DNA of 64,000 bases, taken from positions 249,598-313,597 of IMG/VR virus record IMGVR_UViG_3300037054_000148. One strand, given 5' to 3'. The stretch's first letter is position 1. Each line of letters opens with the position of its first letter. Below the pieces are notes generated by a model, which was not told the DNA's origin, did no database searches, and worked only from the letters and a program-made list of their open reading frames with translations. Below are positions 48,139 through 58,063 of this stretch, piece by piece. Both the position numbers and the translations under genes were made by a program.

Positions 48139-51100
48139 ATGAAGAGAGCATTTGTCCTACCTGAGCAGGGTGTCATTAATATCTATTTCATCCGAGATGA
48201 GCGGCCCCGAATCCAGTGGCTGATTGACTTGGGTATTCCTCGATTTTCAGTATTCATGCTAGAACTCCCTATCCCTTTGGACAACCCAGGACACACCCAG
48301 ATTGTATTTCATGAAGGGACTGCACTTATCCTAGAACAAATCAAGGCTTTCTTATCCGAGACTGAGTTCGGAGAGGATGCGGGGGTCATCAAGGCGATGA
48401 TGCAGGCTATCAAGCAGACCGAGATCGACTTCTACGGAACTGAATTGATGTACGGTTATGAAATCCTGTTCCCTTTGAGCCAGCAATTCTACGATCTAGT
48501 TCATGAGCGAATTGTCAATCAGAAGACGGCCAGTGAAGACTCTGGTGCATGGAGCAGGCTTTATGATGATAACGTCAGTGATGAAGAGTTCTTAGAACGT
48601 CATGCAGGACGGGAAGAGGGCATCTCCAAATCTGTTTGGAGAGCACCGGACACAAATAAGCGTATGATGGTGGACCTGGGCAAACCAGTGCAGAAACGAG
48701 ATAAACAGGAATTAAATGACGCTCGTAAGATAATCGACCGCTACAAGCAGACCATCTACAAGAGCACCCCAGGCCCTTTGTTCGTCATCCTATACGACCG
48801 CAATGGGCTTCCACGAGGCGTTAGTCGTGTAACCAATAAGGGACTGACCAAATGGGCCGATGGCTCTGAAGTACCTAGGGAACTTTTAACTGCATTGATT
48901 GACATCTTTGGGGAACAGGACGCCGATCAAGTCAAAGTGGCTGAAGAGAAGCCTAAAAATATCCCAAAGGATCTGCTCAAAAAACTTCCCGGCATTCACG
49001 AAATATCACCAGAAGGTCAGGATGAAGGGGAGGGGGATAACAATTGGGAGGAGCCTAATGGCTACTCTCAGACCGTCAGGGATCGCTTAAAGCTCCTGAG
49101 AGAGCGAACCGGAATGGAGCTTCCAGTTTTAGGGGAAGGGTCTTCCCGTATGGTCGTCGGGGTAAATGAACATGTTGCAATCAAGCTAGCGATCAATCAG
49201 CCCGGTGTGGCTCAGAACAAAGCCGAACTCAGAATGTATGAGAAGGTTGAGGATTGCACTATTATCACTCGCATTTTTTACTATGATACTGAGTTTCACT
49301 GGCTCGTAGTTGAGCGAGTCCTAAGAGGGGCCACCTATTCAGATTTCGAACGATATGGAGCAACCGACGCCTACAACTTTTGTAAAAAAGTAGAGCGTGG
49401 GGGAACAGAATTTCTTACAGATAGGCAGGCAGTGAAATCTCTTCAGTTCTTATGCCAGACACTTGGTGTTAAATGGTGGGACATTGATCGAGAGAGCCAG
49501 TGGGGGCTGGTCGAACGTAGGGGTGAGCGGTATCCGGTCTTGGTAGACTACGGACTTGATGAAGAGGTGGCCCGACAACACTACAGCAGCAAACTTGCCG
49601 CAGGGTGGGGTAGTTTCATCAATGGTGAATACTGGGTAGATGGCGACTCAGCGAACAACTATGCAGAATGCAGTGGAGACGGGGACTATACCCACGAAAC
49701 CTATGCCAGAGAACAGATTCTCAATGACAAGTGGGACCAAATTCTTAGTGCTTGTCAGCGTCATCTTCAGGAGGCCCACGAAGAAGAAGATGACAACAAC
49801 CCAGGAGAGGTGGAGGAAGAGTGGCGAAAGCTCCATGCGATGAAGTATGGGGAGCCTGACTTTCCAATGGAAGATGTGTTCTTTACCCTCATCTGGGGCT
49901 ATGTTTCGTTAGAAGAGTGCGATGCCATCTTCAATGGTGAATACGACATGTTCAAGAATGAGGTTCGGGAATTCTTCATGCGATTCTACAACCAGATCCG
50001 GGTCGTGGACAAAAATTTCGAAGTGTGGAAACTCACCCCTCGAAACCTTGACACCATCATCGATTGGGTATTTAATGAGAGTGGGCTGGATGAATCCGAC
50101 TTAGCTCAGATGAAGGATGAGGTTTATATTGAGCAATACGAAGGTGGCAGAAAATACGCAGGGATTCCAATTGGGGAGCTTCTAAACATGAAGAACCCAG
50201 GCGAAGTTTGGCGTTATCAAGGAATGACCGTGGCCTCGAAGCAGGCTGCGATGGTTGAACTTCCACACGATAAGGAAGTCAAGCTCCCCCTCTACATGCT
50301 GAAGAAACTCAAACAAATGGCCCAAAAGTTTGATCCCCAGGCTGACTTCCGCTTTGTCGGGGGCTGCGTACGTGATATGCTCCTGGACCGCAAACCAAAG
50401 GATTTCGATGTCGTCACCAACACCACGGCTGACACTTTACAGAAGATGGGTTTGGAGAACGTGGGAAAGGCTTTTCCTGTCTACCTCTACCATGACCCCA
50501 CGTATGGCCAGATTGAAATCGCTGTGGCTCGTTCGGAAGAAAAGACTGGGGTGGGGCATAAGGACTTTGATATCGTTCCAACCGGCAATTTCGAAGGAGA
50601 TATGGTTCGCAGAGACCTGAATGTGAACGCCATGATGGTGGATGCGGATGGAAAACTCTTCGGCCCCACTGAAGCCCTACAGAACATCAAGGACAAGACC
50701 CTCCAGAATGTCAGTGAGAAGTTCGCTGAGGATGCGTTGCGCGTTTTCCGAGCCGCACGATTCAGTGCTCAGTTTGGGTCAGAGTGGAGGGTCAGTCCCC
50801 AACTGGTGGACATGATGCACCGGATGCAACCTGAACTTCAATATCTTCCGGCTGATCGTATCAGGGAAGAAACTAAACGTGCGCTGGTCGGTAAAGTTCC
50901 CATGCGCTTCTTTGAAGTGCTGCGTGAGGGGGGTTGCCTGGAACCCTGGTTCAGCGAGTTCGATCAAAACTGGAGTCAAATAGCTGAATCGGTCAACTAC
51001 GGTCATCAGAATGGCTGGGATTTTGACTTGCAGATCGTTGGGATTGAATCACAGCTTCCCATTCCGGATAGCCTGAATAACCGGCTTGGTCTGTCGAATC

Positions 51101-54100
51101 AGATCAAGCAGGCGGCTCAGTTTGTTAAAAAAAATAGGGGGAATATTAAACAAGCCAGGGCTCTTCCTAAAGAAACAGTAGTTGGGATCGTTCAAAGCGG
51201 GGTTAGAGGTGCGTTTGAGTTCGTGCAGCTACTGGACTGTGCGTTGCTCGGGACTAACCCAGACTCCAAGGACTTCTTACTCAAATGTGCGGAAGCCATC
51301 AAGGGCACCGATATGACAGGAGTGACAAGCCGCAATGAGGCTACAGAACGTTTGGTAGGGGCCATTTCAAAGGTCGGACACTCTAAGAGAGCTATGTCAG
51401 CACAGCAGGCAGTAAATGAGGCTGTAAAATTGATCACTCAAGAAGAGATCAAGCAGCCCAAACCGTGGCAAACTCCGCAATTTAGAGCGTGGTTTGGAGA
51501 CTCCAAAGTCGTAAATAAGGATGGAACCCCCAAGCGCGTCATGCATGGAACCACTCATGAATTCGATCAATTTTCCTTGCACAATGCATTTGAGGAAGGC
51601 TGGTATGGCAAGGGGTTTTATTTTACAGATTGTGAAAAGGATGTGGAGAACTACGCTTCCTTAGAGGGGCCAGATCTCACGGCCAGGATAGAGTTGGTCG
51701 CTGAGCGTCTAATGGATGACGGGGGCGACTGGGAAGAGAGCATGGGAGAGGAGCATGAGGACAACTCAAAGAGTATCCGTGAGTTAGCTCATCAAAAAGC
51801 TCAAGAAATGATTGCTGGGAAGCATCACGGGACAGTTTACCTCACCTATTTGAAGATGGAGAACCCTGTTATTGTTACCCCCAACGGAGGAACCTATCTT
51901 GGGGGGGACAGTGGATCTGACCCAGAGAACGAGGATGAATGGCTAGATGGCCCCGAAACCACCAAGCTATACGAGGCGATTCAGGCTGCTTGCTCACAGT
52001 TTGGCCTAAATGAGAAACGTATCTGGGATAGCCAACTATCTGATAGGCTGTTGGAAGGCTGCACAGCTTACGAGTTTGAAAAAGACTTACGGGAGAATGA
52101 TGAAACTTTAGATGCAGAGGGGGGAGCGGGTCCAGTGATATCCGCCATCTATGAGGCTATGGGGTTTGATGGGATCATTATGGATGCTAAGGCTCAATTC
52201 GGAAATGGGAATACGGGGATGAAGATGTCTCCTAAGACCCGCCATTACATCGTATGGAACCCCCGTCAGGTTAAGTCGGCTATAGGGAACAAAGGGACGT
52301 TTGACCCCTCCAGTCCCCTGCTAACGGCTGCGGTAAAGCCTAGAACGCAGGGTGGAGGATTGAACGTAGATCCTGTAGAACAGATAGTTGATGAGGAAAC
52401 CCCAGAGAAAGAGAAGACCACCCCTCTGACTCAGGAGGAAGAGGATATGGCTAAGTCGCTGGCGGATAAGCGAATCAGCCCTGCGGCTCCAAGCAACGTG
52501 CTTAAGCCCGGTGCGATTGATCCGCATAGTCATGCCCAGAGTCAGCCCGACTTGAAAAAAATGATGGAGAACGAAAAGTTCGAGTTCAACGTCAACCTAG
52601 CGGTAGACAACTATCCTAACTTCAAATACATGCGAGAAGGTCGCTATAAGCAATTTGATGCTCATGAGAAGGCTGAGGAAATCATCAATCACATGGCTGC
52701 AAATTTGATTTGGCTCTATAAGACCTGGGATAAGGCCCTGTCAGATAGAGCCAAACTCTGGTATGTAGGGGGTAACCGTATAATCCATCGGTGGGCTGAT
52801 AAGTTCCATCTAGACCCGCATAAAGTGGCAGCAGTGATTGCCGCTCTATCCCCACAGGCACATTGGTTCCAGAATGTTACAACCGCAGAGCGTACCATCG
52901 AAGCCTTGGTAGAACTCAAAGACTTCCGCTGGGATTGGAAGATGGACCGTGTGGCCCTGCATCGTAACTGGACCCCTGAAGACTTGGAAGATGAGATGAA
53001 GGAATCGGTCAAAGTCGGAGAGGCTGCGGAGAAGAAGAAAAACAAAAAGGAGAGTGCCAAGAAAGAGAAAGAGCCCAAGATCAAGTGGTCCGCAGCACTG
53101 GCTATCCCCCTGCTTCGTGGCAAGACTCTGAATGAAGTAATGACCGAAAACAGTCCCGAATCAGGCCGAGAGTACTTAGCCTCTGTGTGGATCAGGGCCT
53201 GGGCCGAAGGGCACACAGATAACAAACTCCGTGAAGTCACCCCAGAGGGGAACTTTGGGGACTGGTTTAAGACTGGAAAGGCTGACGCCAAAGTCCGTTG
53301 GACATCCTTCGCTGCCATTACCAAAGCTGTCCGGATTTTAGAGTCTAACTCTGTCAACGATATCTCTAAATTGGTTGGGACTAACCACAAGGTTCGCTCA
53401 TTCTATAACAATCTCATCGCCCCTATGGCGGATGAAGGGGATGTAACAATTGATACCCATGCAGTTGCTGCCGCTCTTATTCGTCCGCTGAGTGGAGCTT
53501 CTGTAGAGGTGGCTCATAACTTTGGCAGTGGGTTTACCCCCAAAAAGGATAAGAACGGCAAAATTTGGGTTTGGGATGAGGATGAGGGGGAGTATGTCGA
53601 GGGGGATCCTGATGCAGAAAAGATCCCAGGACCAAGCAACAGTTCAATCACCGGCCTCAACGGACTCTATGCTCTTTACGCTGAGGCATACCGTAGGGCC
53701 GCGAAAGATCCTGCGGTGGGGGTTCTACCCCGCGAACTCCAGTCGATCACCTGGGAGGCTGTGAGAGCCCTTTTCAACCCGGCTGACAAACGGGACAAGA
53801 AGTTCATACGTATGGCAAACGAGATCTGGGCCTCGCACGATCCAGAGGATGGAGGGCTCAATGCCGAACAAGCTAGGGAAAAAATCACCGCTGTTATCAA
53901 AGAACGAAGAGGTGGAAAAGAAGTCTTCGAAACCCCAAGTTGGATCGGATCCGATCCTGAGATTCATGGAGACGCACAAGGTTCCTCTTACAAGAGAGGC
54001 TTATCTGGGTCTGGCATACCCGGATCACAAGCCGGGGGCATTACTCCCACCGGAATTGGAGGCGGAGCTTCCCGAAGAACTTCGAGAAAAATAAACTCCC

Positions 54101-54687
54101 CACTGCTGATGAAGATTGGAGCCCTGACGTTCAAACATGAGCACAGAGACTACCGATATGGACAGAACTACTTCGTCTTGTTTGCTTTTAACGGCAAGTT
54201 CTGTGTGGGTGAGATTCGCTACTCAGTTTATGAGGACGGCCCCTATATTGATAACATTGATGTAGGGAACCATGTTCTAACCAATCTAGAAACAAAAAAG
54301 CTCATGTCAGAACGGTTGCGTAAGGCAACTGATCCAACAGAGTATGTGGGCCATGAGATGCTCAAGTATTTACAAAAACTCTATCCGGATAAAGACCTTG
54401 GGGTGAGACATGCCGATGCCGCTAAGGGGCTAGATTTTGATGAAATGGAAACTGAATATGCCCCTCTGATGGATGAAAAAGAGGCGCTGACTAAAGAGCA
54501 ACAAAACATTGACCAAGCTCTAGAGGAAAACTCCAAAAGGAACGTAGCTTATCAAGACTGGGAGGATCATTATAAGAAACTCATGGATCGTTGGAATTGG
54601 ATTGACGACAGGCTCTACGAGATTGAGCAGGCTCTGAACGTCTACCCCACTCCGGTAAGACAGAAACGTCTTATCAGAACAACATAA
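48139..54687 (+). CDS. Large polyvalent protein: kinase-like, CCA-adding nucleotidyltransferase, ADP-ribosyltransferase-like, glycosylase-like and GNAT-like domains
   Basis: LGEGSSR..AIKLA..E..VDYG (~49130-49560); VGGCVRD..KDFDV, RRDLNVNAM, EDALRVFRAARF (~50350-51350); FRAWFGDSKVV..MHGT..GFYFT..QVKSAIGNKGTFD (~51470-52310); AALSPQ..KVRSFYNN..VTIDTHA..ELQSITW (~52600-53950); GNAT-like tail is tentative. Confidence 0.88.
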   Translation: MKRAFVLPEQGVINIYFIRDERPRIQWLIDLGIPRFSVFMLELPIPLDNPGHTQIVFHEGTALILEQIKAFLSETEFGEDAGVIKAMMQAIKQTEIDFYGTELMYGYEILFPLSQQFYDLVHERIVNQKTASEDSGAWSRLYDDNVSDEEFLERHAGREEGISKSVWRAPDTNKRMMVDLGKPVQKRDKQELNDARKIIDRYKQTIYKSTPGPLFVILYDRNGLPRGVSRVTNKGLTKWADGSEVPRELLTALIDIFGEQDADQVKVAEEKPKNIPKDLLKKLPGIHEISPEGQDEGEGDNNWEEPNGYSQTVRDRLKLLRERTGMELPVLGEGSSRMVVGVNEHVAIKLAINQPGVAQNKAELRMYEKVEDCTIITRIFYYDTEFHWLVVERVLRGATYSDFERYGATDAYNFCKKVERGGTEFLTDRQAVKSLQFLCQTLGVKWWDIDRESQWGLVERRGERYPVLVDYGLDEEVARQHYSSKLAAGWGSFINGEYWVDGDSANNYAECSGDGDYTHETYAREQILNDKWDQILSACQRHLQEAHEEEDDNNPGEVEEEWRKLHAMKYGEPDFPMEDVFFTLIWGYVSLEECDAIFNGEYDMFKNEVREFFMRFYNQIRVVDKNFEVWKLTPRNLDTIIDWVFNESGLDESDLAQMKDEVYIEQYEGGRKYAGIPIGELLNMKNPGEVWRYQGMTVASKQAAMVELPHDKEVKLPLYMLKKLKQMAQKFDPQADFRFVGGCVRDMLLDRKPKDFDVVTNTTADTLQKMGLENVGKAFPVYLYHDPTYGQIEIAVARSEEKTGVGHKDFDIVPTGNFEGDMVRRDLNVNAMMVDADGKLFGPTEALQNIKDKTLQNVSEKFAEDALRVFRAARFSAQFGSEWRVSPQLVDMMHRMQPELQYLPADRIREETKRALVGKVPMRFFEVLREGGCLEPWFSEFDQNWSQIAESVNYGHQNGWDFDLQIVGIESQLPIPDSLNNRLGLSNQIKQAAQFVKKNRGNIKQARALPKETVVGIVQSGVRGAFEFVQLLDCALLGTNPDSKDFLLKCAEAIKGTDMTGVTSRNEATERLVGAISKVGHSKRAMSAQQAVNEAVKLITQEEIKQPKPWQTPQFRAWFGDSKVVNKDGTPKRVMHGTTHEFDQFSLHNAFEEGWYGKGFYFTDCEKDVENYASLEGPDLTARIELVAERLMDDGGDWEESMGEEHEDNSKSIRELAHQKAQEMIAGKHHGTVYLTYLKMENPVIVTPNGGTYLGGDSGSDPENEDEWLDGPETTKLYEAIQAACSQFGLNEKRIWDSQLSDRLLEGCTAYEFEKDLRENDETLDAEGGAGPVISAIYEAMGFDGIIMDAKAQFGNGNTGMKMSPKTRHYIVWNPRQVKSAIGNKGTFDPSSPLLTAAVKPRTQGGGLNVDPVEQIVDEETPEKEKTTPLTQEEEDMAKSLADKRISPAAPSNVLKPGAIDPHSHAQSQPDLKKMMENEKFEFNVNLAVDNYPNFKYMREGRYKQFDAHEKAEEIINHMAANLIWLYKTWDKALSDRAKLWYVGGNRIIHRWADKFHLDPHKVAAVIAALSPQAHWFQNVTTAERTIEALVELKDFRWDWKMDRVALHRNWTPEDLEDEMKESVKVGEAAEKKKNKKESAKKEKEPKIKWSAALAIPLLRGKTLNEVMTENSPESGREYLASVWIRAWAEGHTDNKLREVTPEGNFGDWFKTGKADAKVRWTSFAAITKAVRILESNSVNDISKLVGTNHKVRSFYNNLIAPMADEGDVTIDTHAVAAALIRPLSGASVEVAHNFGSGFTPKKDKNGKIWVWDEDEGEYVEGDPDAEKIPGPSNSSITGLNGLYALYAEAYRRAAKDPAVGVLPRELQSITWEAVRALFNPADKRDKKFIRMANEIWASHDPEDGGLNAEQAREKITAVIKERRGGKEVFETPSWIGSDPEIHGDAQGSSYKRGLSGSGIPGSQAGGITPTGIGGGASRRTSRKINSPLLMKIGALTFKHEHRDYRYGQNYFVLFAFNGKFCVGEIRYSVYEDGPYIDNIDVGNHVLTNLETKKLMSERLRKATDPTEYVGHEMLKYLQKLYPDKDLGVRHADAAKGLDFDEMETEYAPLMDEKEALTKEQQNIDQALEENSKRNVAYQDWEDHYKKLMDRWNWIDDRLYEIEQALNVYPTPVRQKRLIRTT

Positions 54688-54722
54688 TTCGCAACCCTCT
54701 ATTGAACTGTTTGGAGCCCCAC

Positions 54723-57470
54723 ATGTCTGAAGTCATCACTCTTCTTGCCTCTCTGGCTTCTCCGTTGATCCGTAAAGAGGCTATCAGCGAGAGGAAAATT
54801 GAGTTTCTATCCGGACCCACCCGTTACGGCCCGAAGCTCTATCACTACGTAACCACCCATAATCTGGTCAATCTGATGGATGAAACTCTGGGTGAAGAAG
54901 CAGAACAGAAAGAGGCGAAAAAGCAAAATGAGCAGATGCTTAATGCAAAATACGCTCAGATTCTGACTCAAATTGCAGCGGCTGACCCCACGGACGGGAT
55001 CAACAAGAATGACTTTACTGAGTGGCTGTTGAAGGTCTGGTTGGCCATGGATGATGCGGCACGAGGTCACTGGGGTGAGGATACGGCAAATATCAAACAG
55101 AGCCTCACGGACTTTGTGGATCTTCGCAAGAGCCCGGAATGGAAAAAACAGGAGCTACCCACTGATTTGAATCGATTCTCTGATCTGGCAAATCTTAGAA
55201 GCACCTTGACAAAATTTAACTCCGCCTCAGATATCTATACTCTTCCTGAGCTAAGCCCAGAAGGGGCAACGATCATCTACCAGGATAAGACATATATTTT
55301 GTGGCAAGTAACCAGTGCAAAAGATCTGACCGCTTTATCTCGCTTCCCTGAAAACAACCCACCCGCATGGTGTACCAACGATGAGGGCACTGCTGCACGT
55401 TACCTTTCTTCTGGTCCGGACTATGTGGCTTATAAGAATGGAGACCCATTCTTTCAGCTTGACCCATCAGAAGATGAGCACCACGATAAATCCAAAGCTC
55501 AGTTTATGAGCCGCAACAATACACACATGTATGGGACTAAATTGATGAACCCAGAGTGTGCGGAACTGATTGAAAAAGCCCTCGCACATGGAAAAATGAA
55601 TGAGAGGGCCAGAGAAGACCTAACTAAGACAATGGGATGTTACCAAGTTCCCAATTTAAATGACGCAGAGACCTTCTCCTACCTGCAAGAATACGTAATG
55701 GTTAATGGCGGAAATATAAAAAAGGATAAAAAGTTTCTGGATGCAGAAGAAAAATATGTTCGCCCCAGATATGAGCTTTTAGAGCCTGATGAGCTTCGGG
55801 AACTGTGTAACCGTTATGCTCGTACCGGAGAGGCGGTCGCCCCTTACTATGAAGCCAACAAAAATGTGACTGAAATATCCAAGAAAATTGATAATACAAA
55901 ATCTTACACTGATTTTGTAAAATCAATGAGCACTCCAGACACAGACCCTAACCATCTCACACCCGCAGAGTATGGGTTGGCTTTTAGAATTGACCCGTTG
56001 TTTAAGAAGGTATTCAACCTCTTCTCCAAAGAATACGATTGGGATGAGAAGTTTGCAAAATTCAGAGCGGCTGTCAAAGAAGGAAGCGAAAAAGCTGTGA
56101 ACGAGGGGGAGGCCCTAGTTAACCTTCTGAATAGCAAGTTCCCCAGCAGCACTTACAGCTATGATAGAAGCGATGGAAATGTCACTGGGTTCACCATCCA
56201 ACTAATGGGGGGGTATGGGGCTCATGGGATGCAGACCAAGGATTTCACTAGAAATATGGCGGTTCAACCTTATATCAAAATGATCAAGAACATGTTCCGG
56301 CCCTTTGTCAATCAGGCTTGGGAGAAAGCTGTTGAACAGGCTAAGGCAGAGCCAGATTACGGTGTTGCACACCAGCTGCTGAAGGATGCGGGGGACACAT
56401 ACAAGCGTAGAGTATCGGGAGATGGGGGGGCAGAGGAACGCGCACAGGCGGCTGTCAGACAAGCTCTGAAGGATATCGAAATCCCAGCTAGGGAGAAGCT
56501 GGATGCAGCCTTAGCTGGGTTCACCAAGCTCAAGGAGGTGGCAACTTACGGACGAGAGAACTTCCTAAATGGTAGTCCCTTTAAGATCAGAAAAATTCCC
56601 TCTTGGGCACAGCCCTCCTTTGAGAAGAAGATCACAGAGATTGAGCTTCTTACTGAGAAAGCCATGGAGGACAAGCTCCAGAAAGTGGACAGAGGTGAAG
56701 TTAAGATTCGTACCACTCCAAAGCGTGAATATGAATTCTGGAAAGATAATCATCGGGATAAGGATCTTCCAGACCCAACGGACAAGGTGCTGGAGTGGGT
56801 CATCAACTCTCCTTCGTTTGATGATAACAACATCATGGACGCACTGATTGAAATGAAGAACATCTCTGCGGTCGGTGAGGCTTGGATATTGCAGAAGGCA
56901 CGTTATATCGGATCATGGAGACTAGACAAATACATGGAGAAGTTCCATCCAAAACGATGGCCGGAATTGGAAACGGCGTATCCGGCTATTCTCGATGATG
57001 ATGATTATGTCAATCGAGTATATGAAAAGAATGAGCGAATTCCTCGTCAGGAAGAGGCTATTCTGGCCGGAGTCGGACGAAGGAGAGGCGTCAGCAGTGC
57101 TATTGCATACATCAAAGAACGAATGAACAGTAAGCCATGGCCTGAACTTGAAAAAGCGGTAGCGAAGGAGTTCAAGAGCCGAAAGTGGTCTGAGAGCTTC
57201 TATGATGGTCCAGGAAATATAGCTGGGGAGATTCTTGAGTATATCGCTGAAATTAAAAAGAGTCGCTGGAAAGATATCGAAGAGAAAATGTTTGAGAACC
57301 AGGATTGGGGATATAAATACCTCTTCCAGGTGTTGGGGGCTGATGAGGCTTCTAAACGTATCCGTAAGCTATTGGATGAAGAGAGTGAGACGCTTCCTAG
57401 GGGGGAGAAACAATCTCGACTCCATCAGGTTCTATTCGCCAAAGTAATATCCTATAAGGAGTCCGTATGA
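54723..57470 (+). CDS. Large modular protein (DPT/WCT N-terminal domain plus WPELE repeats)
   Basis: ADPT..FTEWL and WCT.DE.TA..YL..GP.YV shared with 58064-59785; C-terminal RWPELE/PWPELE/RWKDIE repeats. Confidence 0.8.
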   Translation: MSEVITLLASLASPLIRKEAISERKIEFLSGPTRYGPKLYHYVTTHNLVNLMDETLGEEAEQKEAKKQNEQMLNAKYAQILTQIAAADPTDGINKNDFTEWLLKVWLAMDDAARGHWGEDTANIKQSLTDFVDLRKSPEWKKQELPTDLNRFSDLANLRSTLTKFNSASDIYTLPELSPEGATIIYQDKTYILWQVTSAKDLTALSRFPENNPPAWCTNDEGTAARYLSSGPDYVAYKNGDPFFQLDPSEDEHHDKSKAQFMSRNNTHMYGTKLMNPECAELIEKALAHGKMNERAREDLTKTMGCYQVPNLNDAETFSYLQEYVMVNGGNIKKDKKFLDAEEKYVRPRYELLEPDELRELCNRYARTGEAVAPYYEANKNVTEISKKIDNTKSYTDFVKSMSTPDTDPNHLTPAEYGLAFRIDPLFKKVFNLFSKEYDWDEKFAKFRAAVKEGSEKAVNEGEALVNLLNSKFPSSTYSYDRSDGNVTGFTIQLMGGYGAHGMQTKDFTRNMAVQPYIKMIKNMFRPFVNQAWEKAVEQAKAEPDYGVAHQLLKDAGDTYKRRVSGDGGAEERAQAAVRQALKDIEIPAREKLDAALAGFTKLKEVATYGRENFLNGSPFKIRKIPSWAQPSFEKKITEIELLTEKAMEDKLQKVDRGEVKIRTTPKREYEFWKDNHRDKDLPDPTDKVLEWVINSPSFDDNNIMDALIEMKNISAVGEAWILQKARYIGSWRLDKYMEKFHPKRWPELETAYPAILDDDDYVNRVYEKNERIPRQEEAILAGVGRRRGVSSAIAYIKERMNSKPWPELEKAVAKEFKSRKWSESFYDGPGNIAGEILEYIAEIKKSRWKDIEEKMFENQDWGYKYLFQVLGADEASKRIRKLLDEESETLPRGEKQSRLHQVLFAKVISYKESV

Positions 57471-58054
57471 TAGGCAATGACAAAATGACTATTCCAGTAA
57501 AAGGTTATATTCGAGTATTCGAAGAGGCCAATCCGAAGAACATCATCTTCGAAGAGCATAATGTGATATGCCTGAATACGCAGTATCTGTTCGCTAGAAT
57601 GATGGCCAATATCGCAGATCCGGTCGCCGGGGTCTGGGGTCTTGCGATTGGGGCGGGTGCGCCAGACTGGCCACTCAACAATCAACCGGATGCGTTGCCC
57701 ACCCAGCAGAACATCATCACTCCCATCCTTCGTAAGCCCTGCCGCTACATTCAGTTCGTGGATGTGAACCTGAATGTTATTCCGAGTGGGGGGTTCTCCA
57801 ACATAGTTGATTTCCAGACTATTCTGAACGCGACAACTGATAGCATCAATACCCCCATCAGAGAGCTAGGGCTCATCGGTGGAGGCAGCACTGCTTCGTC
57901 TACAAACCTTCAGGTAGCCCCCTTCTTCAACAATGCCACTCAGTCTAGTATCAACGATACAAACACGGCCCTCCTGATCAATTACAAAACTCTCCCGCCC
58001 CTGGTGCTTCCAGCCGGAATCAATTTCATCATGAGTTGGGTCTTGACATTCTAA
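57467..58054 (+). CDS. Tail-fibre/baseplate adaptor-like protein
   Basis: EHNVI, LAIGAG, IRELGL, final WVLTF pattern typical of tail-collar/gpH N-terminal-like proteins. Confidence 0.6.
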   Translation: MIGNDKMTIPVKGYIRVFEEANPKNIIFEEHNVICLNTQYLFARMMANIADPVAGVWGLAIGAGAPDWPLNNQPDALPTQQNIITPILRKPCRYIQFVDVNLNVIPSGGFSNIVDFQTILNATTDSINTPIRELGLIGGGSTASSTNLQVAPFFNNATQSSINDTNTALLINYKTLPPLVLPAGINFIMSWVLTF

Positions 58055-58063
58055 GAGGCCCAA

